Virus record (IMG/VR): IMGVR_UViG_3300017589_000271
Coordinates: 3,725-67,724 of that record
DNA from: a virus
Length of the DNA stretch: 64,000 nt
Reading direction: 5' to 3' (one strand)
The translations under genes were made by a program, and so were the position numbers. The notes under the pieces are model-generated. The model had not been told where the DNA came from and did not search any database. It was given only the letters and a program-made list of their open reading frames with translations. Position 1 is the stretch's first letter. Every line of letters begins with the position of its first letter. Below, piece after piece: positions 28,193 through 36,211 of the stretch.

Positions 28193-28894
28193 TTATGCTG
28201 TAAGCTTGCTAATAGCTGATATAACCACCTTAACCGAACACCTAGCGTTGTTAGTTAATTGACGTTGCCACACTAAATTAGATGGCGACCACTTATAACC
28301 ATTATATTTCAATATAGTTCTAACTTCTGCTGACGGTTTACCCTCAAACTTTAGTTGTAATCTCATTATATCAGTATTTTCAATAACAGTAAAGTATTGA
28401 TTGCTTAAGTTTTCGTTTTCTTCGGTCGGTTTTTCTTTAGCTTTAGTAAGCATATCAAGCCTTTGTTGTGTGTTTTTGATTTTAGCGTTGTTGTTTGTAA
28501 GGGTATAGCTTGGGAACGGAACAGGCTGCCACGAATAACCAGCTTTTATATCTTCGGCTATTTTTTCGGCTTGTTCATCACTTACACCCTCGCACCCTTT
28601 ACAAGTCTTATGCTTTCGATAATAAGCGTTGATTTTTTTCATATAGTTTTGTTTGGCTGTTAGCGTGTCAATTTTTTCTTGTAACATCTCAATAGCGTTT
28701 TCGTCACCAGACTTGATAATCTCGGAAGCTGTACCAATTGTTTTAATTTGGGACATGATACCGTTGATATTGTCATATTCTTTGAAATGAGCGTCTAGCC
28801 TTTGCATTTGCTTTTGATGTTTTTTAATAGGGTAATTAGATGGACCTGTTATCATAACAGATGGAACGCTTGCGTCAATGCTGTTCTTTTTGTT
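28193..28894 (-). CDS. Conserved phage/MGE leading-region protein, probably N-terminally truncated
   Basis: PSVMITGPSNYP, IKSGDENAIEML, RLQLKFEGKP..LKYNGYKWSPS..WQRQLT. The frame extends upstream of the ATG at 28855 to an in-frame TAA next to a GGAG. Confidence 0.65.
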   Translation of the reverse strand, partial: NKKNSIDASVPSVMITGPSNYPIKKHQKQMQRLDAHFKEYDNINGIMSQIKTIGTASEIIKSGDENAIEMLQEKIDTLTAKQNYMKKINAYYRKHKTCKGCEGVSDEQAEKIAEDIKAGYSWQPVPFPSYTLTNNNAKIKNTQQRLDMLTKAKEKPTEENENLSNQYFTVIENTDIMRLQLKFEGKPSAEVRTILKYNGYKWSPSNLVWQRQLTNNARCSVKVVISAISKLTA

Positions 28895-28913
28895 TTACTC
28901 CTTTAATTTAGTT

Positions 28914-29174
28914 CTAATAATTTTTAGCAAATAAGCTTAAATATTTTCCTTTTAACTTAACTCCAAATTGCAAGTCGCCATCATCACATTTGCAAATAAT
29001 GCTAAAGGGTCTTTTAAGTATTTTATAAGCTTGTGGTATAGTTTTCTTTAGGACGTCCAAATAATCGTTTATATCCTCAAATTCTTTTTCACATTGCCAT
29101 CTGCTGTATAAGTTTGCAAATAATTTAACTGTTTGCTGGGTATTAAGTTCTTTCGCCAATTCAATTCTTGTCAT
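28914..29174 (-). CDS. Hypothetical protein
   Basis: LYSRWQCEKEFEDINDY; probable start MTRI after AGTAGGA. Confidence 0.6.
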   Translation of the reverse strand: MTRIELAKELNTQQTVKLFANLYSRWQCEKEFEDINDYLDVLKKTIPQAYKILKRPFSIICKCDDGDLQFGVKLKGKYLSLFAKNY

Positions 29175-29251
29175 AGTGTTATTCCTACTTTCAATAATAA
29201 GTTGCACTTACTAACCGCCGACTATTGCCAACGGCTGCAGGTGCTTTATGT

Positions 29252-29479
29252 TTACCAAGTTACTCGCTCTGGGATAAATTCAATCTGTACATCTTTGTAT
29301 TTTTCAATGTTACGCATAGGTGTATCGGGTTCACCGCAAAACTCATTATTGACACTAGTGCATAAATCTGGCTCTCTGTGTTTTCGTGGGTCCACGTCTT
29401 TCCATAGTTTGCCGTTTTCGTCTTTATATACGGGTCTGTCCCAGCTGTCCATTCCTAAAAAATTAAGCTTGTAATTCAT
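29252..29479 (-). CDS. Hypothetical protein
   Basis: GMDSWDRPVYKDENGKLWKD..FCGEPD conserved small family. Confidence 0.7.
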   Translation of the reverse strand: MNYKLNFLGMDSWDRPVYKDENGKLWKDVDPRKHREPDLCTSVNNEFCGEPDTPMRNIEKYKDVQIEFIPERVTW

Positions 29480-29678
29480 AATAATAACCTCTACTTTCTA
29501 TATCCTTATTTCTTTGCCGTTTTTGATAACGATATAATGATTGTCGCCAATCCAAACAATATCACTTGTTGAAACATTGTATTCTTTTGCAAGTTTTATT
29601 CTATCTGCCTGCGCTTTTCCTATTGCTTTGTTAGTCATAATAATAACCTCTTTCATTTCTCGAATATGATACAATTGT

Positions 29679-29870
29679 TTACTCCATATAAGCTATATAT
29701 GAGTTTTTGTTTTCGACTAAAATATATTCAGACTCAGTCAATAAAGGCTCTAATTCTGTTTTATTATCAATTAAATAATTTGCGGGGCAATGCAAGTCTA
29801 ACTCAATTTTTTCACCATCTTTTAGGTTTTTGCACAATTCAATAAATTTTACGTTTGTAATCTTTTTCAT
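29679..29870 (-). CDS. Hypothetical protein
   Basis: AGGAG RBS. Confidence 0.55.
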   Translation of the reverse strand: MKKITNVKFIELCKNLKDGEKIELDLHCPANYLIDNKTELEPLLTESEYILVENKNSYIAYME

Positions 29871-29924
29871 AATATACTCCTATCCTGCCGACCTTGTAGG
29901 CGGTCGGCTTGCCTGTTGTGTGGG

Positions 29925-30380
29925 TTATAGTGTTGTTGCTTGTAATTCCTCAACTTTCGCTTGATAAAACTTGGCTATATATTTTGCTTTTTGCGTGTGC
30001 GTGTTTTCTTCCCCAAAATTGTAAATACTGTATTTTACTTGTTTTTCGCTGTCTTTTGCCCTAACTTCAAAATATTCAACAATAAAAGTCTTTGTTATAT
30101 TTTCGATTTTTTCAATCGTTGCGTGTTCTGCATTCCATTTTTTCGCTTCTGCGTTTTTCGCCCTGTTATTTGAAAACGAAGTTAAAGGCCAAAAACTAAT
30201 GTTATGCTGGTTGGTGCTTAGTTTCCCGTTTTTGCAAATTTTATTTAAGCAATATTCATCACCGCACCACGTAATATCGCCTTTTGAATTTGCAACAAAA
30301 TAAAGTCCATTATCATTTTTGAAATATGCGTTTTTAACTTCTACAATATCGCCTGTTTTAAACTCGTTTAACTGTCCCAT
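29925..30380 (-). CDS. Hypothetical protein
   Basis: KTGDIVEVKNAYFKNDNGLYFV; strong RBS. Confidence 0.7.
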   Translation of the reverse strand: MGQLNEFKTGDIVEVKNAYFKNDNGLYFVANSKGDITWCGDEYCLNKICKNGKLSTNQHNISFWPLTSFSNNRAKNAEAKKWNAEHATIEKIENITKTFIVEYFEVRAKDSEKQVKYSIYNFGEENTHTQKAKYIAKFYQAKVEELQATTL

Positions 30381-30437
30381 TTGAAATACTCCCTTTCTTT
30401 TTTGCCGGGTACGTTGCCCGGCTCGGCTTGTTTCTGC

Positions 30438-30935
30438 TTATGCTGTAACTTGCTTTAGTGGTCTGCTCTTGATTTCTGAAGTATCAAACATTGCTTTGAT
30501 GTCGTCAATAGAATAACTTTTTTTACTGCGTTTTTTGTAACTCGGCGGTGAATAATACCACATCATTTTGTTAGAGGACCAACGGAAAGTTAAGGCTTTT
30601 AACTGGTCTTTGTACTGCTTTGTGTCACCACTCAACCAAATAAAACAGCCGATAATCTCTATTTTAATGCCCTCAAAGTGGATAATTGAATTAATGATAT
30701 CCTTGTACATTTCCACCGTTTCGGTGTTGTCCTCTGCTGTTGTGTATTGCTCGCCTTGTGCGTTTCTGTGGGTGTTCTTCAGCTTCTCAAACATAATCTT
30801 ATACTCATTGTTTAGGTCCTTGCAAATCTCCGTTGCGTTCGGGTCCTCGCTTAAATCTGGGTGATACTTAAATAGTAAGGTTTTGTATTCAGCTTTTAGG
30901 TCCTCCAAAGTGTGGCAGTTTGTGAAAAATTTCAT
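30438..30935 (-). CDS. J-domain (DnaJ-like) protein
   Basis: LKAEYKTLLFKYHPD..LNNEY; C-terminal IEIIGCFIWLSGDT..LKALTFRWS. Two family-A sites lie upstream (30954 degenerate, 30975). Confidence 0.85.
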   Translation of the reverse strand: MKFFTNCHTLEDLKAEYKTLLFKYHPDLSEDPNATEICKDLNNEYKIMFEKLKNTHRNAQGEQYTTAEDNTETVEMYKDIINSIIHFEGIKIEIIGCFIWLSGDTKQYKDQLKALTFRWSSNKMMWYYSPPSYKKRSKKSYSIDDIKAMFDTSEIKSRPLKQVTA

Positions 30936-31065
30936 TTTTATACTTCCTTTCTTATTTCTTATAAGGTGCTTTTATTACCCTATAAGGTAGTTTTATAGTA
31001 CAGGTATTTGCTAAATGGTGGCGGTTTTGTTTATACTTGCAACCGCTAAACAAGTTATAATTAAA

Positions 31066-31281
31066 TTAAAAATGGTCTGCACCATCAACAACATACCAGC
31101 CGTTAAGCCTAATTTTATCATTTGCACTATTAACAGTTGCCCAATAGTCGCTATCCGCACCAATGCACCAATCAGCATAGTCTGCAACTGTATCGCCATT
31201 GTTTGGACAGTCGTATACTTGCCAACCTGTGTTATTGTCCCATATCTCTACTTGTGTTAGTTTTTCGTTTAATTTACTCAT
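31066..31281 (-). CDS. Hypothetical protein (first gene of leftward cluster)
   Basis: AGAAAGG RBS downstream of a consensus promoter. Confidence 0.55.
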   Translation of the reverse strand: MSKLNEKLTQVEIWDNNTGWQVYDCPNNGDTVADYADWCIGADSDYWATVNSANDKIRLNGWYVVDGADHF

Positions 31282-31351
31282 TGTGTGCCTTTCTGACCGT
31301 CAAGCCGTTGTCAAAGCTTTGATGTTTATATTTCTGATTTACATTACTTAC

Positions 31352-31380
31352 ATTTTAATATATATTGTGCGTGTAGTCAA
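31352..31380 (-). promoter_or_regulatory. SigA promoter TTGACT-17-TAAAAT
   Basis: Direct reading of minus strand. Confidence 0.7.
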
Positions 31381-31712
31381 GTTCTAACTTGTTGTATCGT
31401 TTGACTGTATCTATATTATACACAATACATATAACAAATACTATTGACAAAACACATAAACATCAAGGTGTTATGTTGTGCAATATGCACAATATACATC
31501 TAGACTTAAATTGGACAACTTTATTATATATATCAACTAATTATATTGACTATATCCCCTATCTGCTCGGCAGATGCTACAATCAAAAAAAACAAAAAAG
31601 AAAGCTATTACACACTAAATTAATAGTAATGCAATAGCTTTGCTTAATAGCCCGTTATGCTTGCTGTATCTTGTTGTATATGCCCCGTCGTTCCTGCTGC
31701 CGTGCTTGGTCC

Positions 31713-31988
31713 TTACAGCTTGCTTATATATATCCCTGCGTCGCTCTGCCTGTCCTGCTCTGCTGTGTTGGCTGTTAGCTTATCTATATCCATTGCAGAA
31801 CCTTTCGCCCTCTTAGCTTTGCTATTAGCAAATAGATAATAATGCTTAATACCCATCCATAATATCATGCGTGTTGTCCGGCTGTATATCTCGTTGCCTT
31901 GCTCCTCGTGTATCTTGTCTAACTCGTTGCGTAACTTGTTATTAATAGCAACACCTAAATAATATCTATTATCGTCTTGCTTATGCAC
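31713..31988 (-). CDS. Possible ribbon-helix-helix protein
   Basis: YYLGVAINNKLRNELDKI..SRTTRMILWMGI. Confidence 0.45.
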   Translation of the reverse strand: MHKQDDNRYYLGVAINNKLRNELDKIHEEQGNEIYSRTTRMILWMGIKHYYLFANSKAKRAKGSAMDIDKLTANTAEQDRQSDAGIYISKL

Positions 31989-32148
31989 TGCTTATCAACT
32001 CCATTGTGTTATTATACTATTGTATTAAGTAGTTGTTATAGTTTTTGAAATACGTGTAGTTTGCTTTTGCTCCGTTTATAACCTACTATGTTACTATGAT
32101 ATAAATCATACAATTTCACTATGCTATGTATATATCTTAGCGCTTTAC

Positions 32149-32340
32149 TATGGTATACCCTAATCACACAAAGCGTGTGTTAATATGTATTATTAGGGTA
32201 TACCCTATTTATTATACACTTTTACACCGTTTTATACACTAATTATACACTAATAAACCTTTGTTTTAACTGCTTTCGTTTAATTTATGTATATTGGACC
32301 ATATCGGCGAGGGGGTGGGGGCATTCGATACAGCGTGCCG
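32149..32340. other. Putative packaging/terminus region
   Basis: Perfect palindrome TAGGGTATACCCTA (32194-32207), TTATACACT x3 (32212, 32232, 32243) and GGGGGTGGGGG (32311-32321) at the strand switch. Confidence 0.4.
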
Positions 32341-32573
32341 AAGAGTTACCTCGCAAAAAATTTCACACCATATAAGGCGATTTTCCAATACATTTTAACT
32401 TAAGAACTCTAAACAGAACAGATGAATAACACTCCAAAAAGTTTTAAAAAACAGTTGTAGTATTGCTGTTCTACCAATAATGTAATGCGTAGGTATGAAA
32501 GTAGTATACCGAAAAAATATAATATACACAAGCACAAACTAATAAATGTCCTAAAAATGTCCTAAAACTGGTA

Positions 32574-32602
32574 TTGCATTGTTATTCTAGTTATGGTATT
32601 AT
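32574..32602 (+). promoter_or_regulatory. SigA-like promoter TTGCAT-17-TATTAT, preceded by tandem AAATGTCCTAA x2 (32544-32565)
   Basis: Direct reading. Confidence 0.5.
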
Positions 32603-32908
32603 TATAATAGGGAAATTGAAAAGGAAGTAGTCTGCTGAATAAGTAAGGCTACTTTTTTATTACTCAACAATGATGTTTAAAATAAAGATAATTTGTAATT
32701 AGTTTTACAGGTTATCTTTTTTCGTTTAATTAAAGAACTAAGGTTATTTTAAGAATTATTTATATGATATCTTAGTATGTTGATATTCCCGTCTTATCAG
32801 TTAAAGGCTCGGCAAGGTCAAAAAGTGTCTACAAAGCTTTATATTATATAGGTTTATCGGCATTTTAGAATAGGTCGTTACTTTTCCCAACTAAAGCGTT
32901 AAAGTTCA

Positions 32909-33460
32909 ATGTTAGATAGAGAGGTAAGGTTGGTGTATGTTTTGGACAAAAAACAGTTTTTAATTGTTGACGCAGACAGCGGAGAGATAGTTAGGACAAT
33001 GCAACAGGGCGACAAGATAATTCCGCAACATATAGGGGAACGTCTTATGGAGAACATAGGATATGAAAACGAATATATCAACTTACGACGCAGGTATGTC
33101 AAATACTTTGAGGGCATTGCGCAGGAAATAGCAAAACTTAAATTCACAGCAACGGATATACTTGTTATGCTTTACCTTGCGGAACATACACGAACAGGTA
33201 GCGGTGCTATATTGCATAACAATAATCAGCCAATAACAAAAGAGAATATTGTTAAGATTTTTTCTCTTTCTTCAAAAACAATAGATACAGTTTTTAGGCG
33301 ACTAGAGGACAGCGGTATTATTGCTGTTTGCATTACAGAAAAGAAAAAGAAGTATTTTTTCAATCCGTATATACTAATGCGGGGGCGATATGTCAACAAG
33401 ACATTATACCAGATGTTCAATAAGACATACTGGTATAAGTTCGGGAAGCCGAACGAATAA
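32909..33460 (+). CDS. RepL-like (Firmicute plasmid replication) winged-HTH protein
   Basis: VDADSGEI start, HTH (IVKIFSLSSKTIDTVFRRLEDSGII), YFFNPYILMRG. Confidence 0.65.
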   Translation: MLDREVRLVYVLDKKQFLIVDADSGEIVRTMQQGDKIIPQHIGERLMENIGYENEYINLRRRYVKYFEGIAQEIAKLKFTATDILVMLYLAEHTRTGSGAILHNNNQPITKENIVKIFSLSSKTIDTVFRRLEDSGIIAVCITEKKKKYFFNPYILMRGRYVNKTLYQMFNKTYWYKFGKPNE

Positions 33461-33709
33461 AATAGCTAGACTTCTTATTCACGATAAAGGGCATAGGTTT
33501 ACTTTTCATTTTCCTATGCCCCTCCTTTCTTAAATAAGGGCGATTACTTAACGGTAATTGTCTTTTTTTATATTCCTTAGCATGCCAGGAGAAACAAAAA
33601 GCCATGTACTGTTTGGACACGGTAGCAGTTAAAATATATCGTTGAGGGAAACGGCAATTACCACTTTATTGTGCCGTTAGTGTGGGTGGGTTATTATGTG
33701 GTAAATTAT

Positions 33710-33805
33710 GAGTAAATCAAGCGAAGAACTTTATTTAAGGCTGATATTTATATCAACTAGAAAAGATTGTTTTTTGGGTAGGTGCAAATCCTACTTTACT
33801 CACCA
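33710..33805 (+). ncRNA. tRNA-like element (96 nt) with non-canonical D/anticodon region
   Basis: Acceptor GAGTAAA/TTTACTC-A-CCA, T arm GTAGG-TGCAAAT-CCTAC, long variable-arm hairpin; no canonical 7-nt anticodon loop. Confidence 0.6.
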
Positions 33806-33808
33806 TTA

Positions 33809-33940
33809 GGTTACGCACTTCTATAATTGCTGATTGAGTGTAACACGTAACCCTATAACCGCCGAAAGCAATTATAAGGTGGATGGTGGTTGTGCAACAG
33901 GGTTTAGCTTATGCCCTAGAATAGCATTTGCTATAAGCTG
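33809..33940 (+). ncRNA. Structured RNA candidate: two hairpins with a 10-bp loop-loop complement plus a third hairpin
   Basis: GGTTACG/CGTAACC, TATAACCGCC/GGTGGTTGTG, TATAATTGCT/AGCAATTATA, AGCTTAT/ATAAGCT. Confidence 0.5.
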
Positions 33941-33945
33941 TATAC

Positions 33946-34019
33946 ACTGTCATAGCTTAATAGTAAAGCCTGTTCCTTATAAGAGCAAGACACACGAGCG
34001 TAACGTGTTGACAGTACCA
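33946..34019 (+). tRNA. tRNA-Ile (anticodon TAT)
   Basis: Full cloverleaf: ACTGTCA/TGACAGT, D GCTT/AAGC, anticodon TGTTC-CTTATAA-GAGCA, T ACACG-AGCGTAA-CGTGT, A73, encoded CCA. T loop is non-canonical. Confidence 0.8.
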
Positions 34020-34105
34020 GCAGAACAAAACAAAGTGTTTGAAAGTTTTATAGGACTTATGCGTGCGTAGTCCGAATTTTATTCTTACACATTTTAATTA
34101 GGAGA

Positions 34106-34534
34106 GTGCCACAAATGAAAAAAAGAGAAAAGCCTTTAGAATATGAATATAAGTGCATAAAGTGTGGTCTAAAATATGGTATGCCACCAGTTAAAGTGCT
34201 AAAAACGGTAGATGGTCATTACAAATGTAATGTATGTTGTGGGAATATAGGTAGGTATATCGTTGACGAAACAGAAATTAGCGACAACGTAAACAAGCCT
34301 AGCCATTATTTAGGCAAGATTGAAACCATAGATTACATCAAAGATAAGCTGACCCCAGAACAATTTGAGGGTTACTGCATAGGCAATGTTCATAAATACA
34401 TAAGCCGATATAAGAAGAAAAACGGTTTAGAGGACCTAAAAAAAGCACAGGTGTATTTAAACTGGGCCATTGAAAATTACAATGACGGAGATTGTGGTAA
34501 TCTGCCAAAAGCACCCGAACCCATATATATATAG
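34106..34534 (+). CDS. DUF3310 (SaV-like) protein with N-terminal zinc finger
   Basis: DNVNKPSHY..IETIDYI..GNVHKYISRY..KNGLEDLKKAQVYL. Confidence 0.88.
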   Translation: MPQMKKREKPLEYEYKCIKCGLKYGMPPVKVLKTVDGHYKCNVCCGNIGRYIVDETEISDNVNKPSHYLGKIETIDYIKDKLTPEQFEGYCIGNVHKYISRYKKKNGLEDLKKAQVYLNWAIENYNDGDCGNLPKAPEPIYI

Positions 34535-34585
34535 CGACAAACAACTATATCCATAAATCTAAAAGTAAACGTAGGAGTTGATAAA

Positions 34586-35862
34586 ATGAATTGGAAACAA
34601 CAAGCTGAAGATTTACGATTTAATAAAAATCTTTCTTGGTCGAATATAACAGAGAAATTGCAAAGCGAGTTTCCGAACCTTACATATCAACAAGTGTGTG
34701 ACAAGGTTAGAACTCACATTAGGAAAACTAAAAAATATAAAGAACAAAACAAAAGCGAATTATCTGAACTAGATAGTAAAAAGTCTTTTGAAATGAAATC
34801 AGACGGAACATTTGTATCGGACCGTTTAATTGGGATATGTGAAAACGAAGATATGACGCCAGAGTTTATATTAAAGGCACATAACTTAGATACTGATAAA
34901 TGGGAAGTTGTAAGCTATAAAAACAACTTATGGCACTCACAGGTAAAAGGCGGAAAACAACTTGTGATGTATCAATCTAAGGTTGTTGTTAGACCAAAAG
35001 CAAAAACGCAAATAACATTAGAAGATATAGACGATTACTTTAAAACAAAGAAATATTCAGATATTATTCCTAATAAACCTAAATTTAAAGTTAAAGATGG
35101 ACAAACGCTTGAAATATTGTTGCCCGATTTACATATAGGTTTATATTCAAACGAGGAAGAAACTAACGAAAAATCGAATTTAGAAACGATAAAGATTAGA
35201 TTTTTCAATTGTTTAGTGGATATCGTTGAAAATTGCCGACACATCAATATAAAAAACGTGTTGTTAGTTACTTTAGGAGATGTGTTGCACGTTGATAACG
35301 ACAATCAAACAACTACAAAAGGTACATTACAACAAGTATCTGGTCGAATTTCAGAAATAATCGAATGTGCAGAAGATATGTTGATAGGTGCAATTGAATA
35401 TATCAAAGAAGAATTGAAAGTAAGCGTTGAAGTTATTTATCTTTCTGGAAATCATGACCGCACAACAGGATATATGCTTTCAAGAAGTGTTTACTATGCT
35501 TTTAAACAAGATTTAAATGTTACAGTAGATACAAGTCCAAACCCTCACAAGCACAGAGTTGTAGGGACAAATTTAATTGGATATACACACGGAGAACTAC
35601 CTAAAAAAACACAGCAAATAATGTCTTGAAAGTTTTAAGGAATATTACAACGCCTATAAAGCGAATAGAGGTACATTCTGGACATTTGCATACGGATTTA
35701 TCATATGAAACAGTAGGCGGAGTTTTAATTAAATATATCCCTGCTATTTGTGGTGCAGGAGGCTGGGACCACCTACACGGATATGTTAGTTATAAAACAA
35801 TGCTATGTAACGTCTGGGACGACAATAAAGGCATCACACAAACATTGTACAGTAATATTTAA
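34586..35862 (+). pseudogene. Calcineurin-like metallophosphoesterase split at an A7 run (35603-35609)
   Basis: DLHIG, LGD..H.D, GNHD, THG in 34586..35629; final GHLH motif in 35626..35862. One extra A fuses the frames. Confidence 0.8.
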
Positions 35863-35880
35863 GTAAAAGGAGTTTAAAAA

Positions 35881-36210
35881 ATGAAACATACGAAGATTAT
35901 ATATGTAGCACACCCTTACGGTGGGTTTGAGGACAACAAAAAAGAGGTTGAACGTATACTTGTTGAGCTTCAAAACGAATATCCCGATTACTTGTTTATA
36001 TCGCCTATTAATTGTTTTGATTGGGCTTATGACAAATACGATTATTCTTTTGGAATGAATATGTGTCTAGGTTTACTTGATAAATGCGACTTATTATTGC
36101 TATGTACAGGCTGGCAAAAAAGCAAAGGGTGCAATATAGAATACAGGTATGCTGTAAACAGTGAACACATAGATATTGCAGAATATCCAAAGGCGAAAGG
36201 AACACTATAA
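35881..36210 (+). CDS. DUF4406/DUF1937 nucleoside deoxyribosyltransferase-like protein
   Basis: IYVAHPY..CLGLLDKCD..GWQKSKGCNIEYRYA. Confidence 0.8.
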   Translation: MKHTKIIYVAHPYGGFEDNKKEVERILVELQNEYPDYLFISPINCFDWAYDKYDYSFGMNMCLGLLDKCDLLLLCTGWQKSKGCNIEYRYAVNSEHIDIAEYPKAKGTL

Positions 36211-36211
36211 A

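Noticed and set aside
28100-29674. Sporulation-sigma promoters from the repeated TTGTATCATATTC (minus strand)
   Set aside because: CATA core is suggestive, but no matching -35 element was found and two or three copies are too few.
33740-33762. Ochre suppressor or selenocysteine anticodon in the 96-nt tRNA-like element
   Set aside because: TTA cannot be placed in a 7-nt loop on a paired 5-bp stem, and there is no TCA anticodon loop.
33822-33876. Hammerhead ribozyme (CTGATTGA ... GAAA)
   Set aside because: Core has an extra base, there is no stem I and no NUH cleavage triplet in the right place.
33972-33987. Family-A operator core CCTTATAAG
   Set aside because: It is the anticodon loop of the tRNA and the flanks do not match the operator.
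33834-34070. 78-aa plus-strand ORF
   Set aside because: Overlaps the tRNA-Ile cloverleaf and the structured RNA; TTG start with no RBS.
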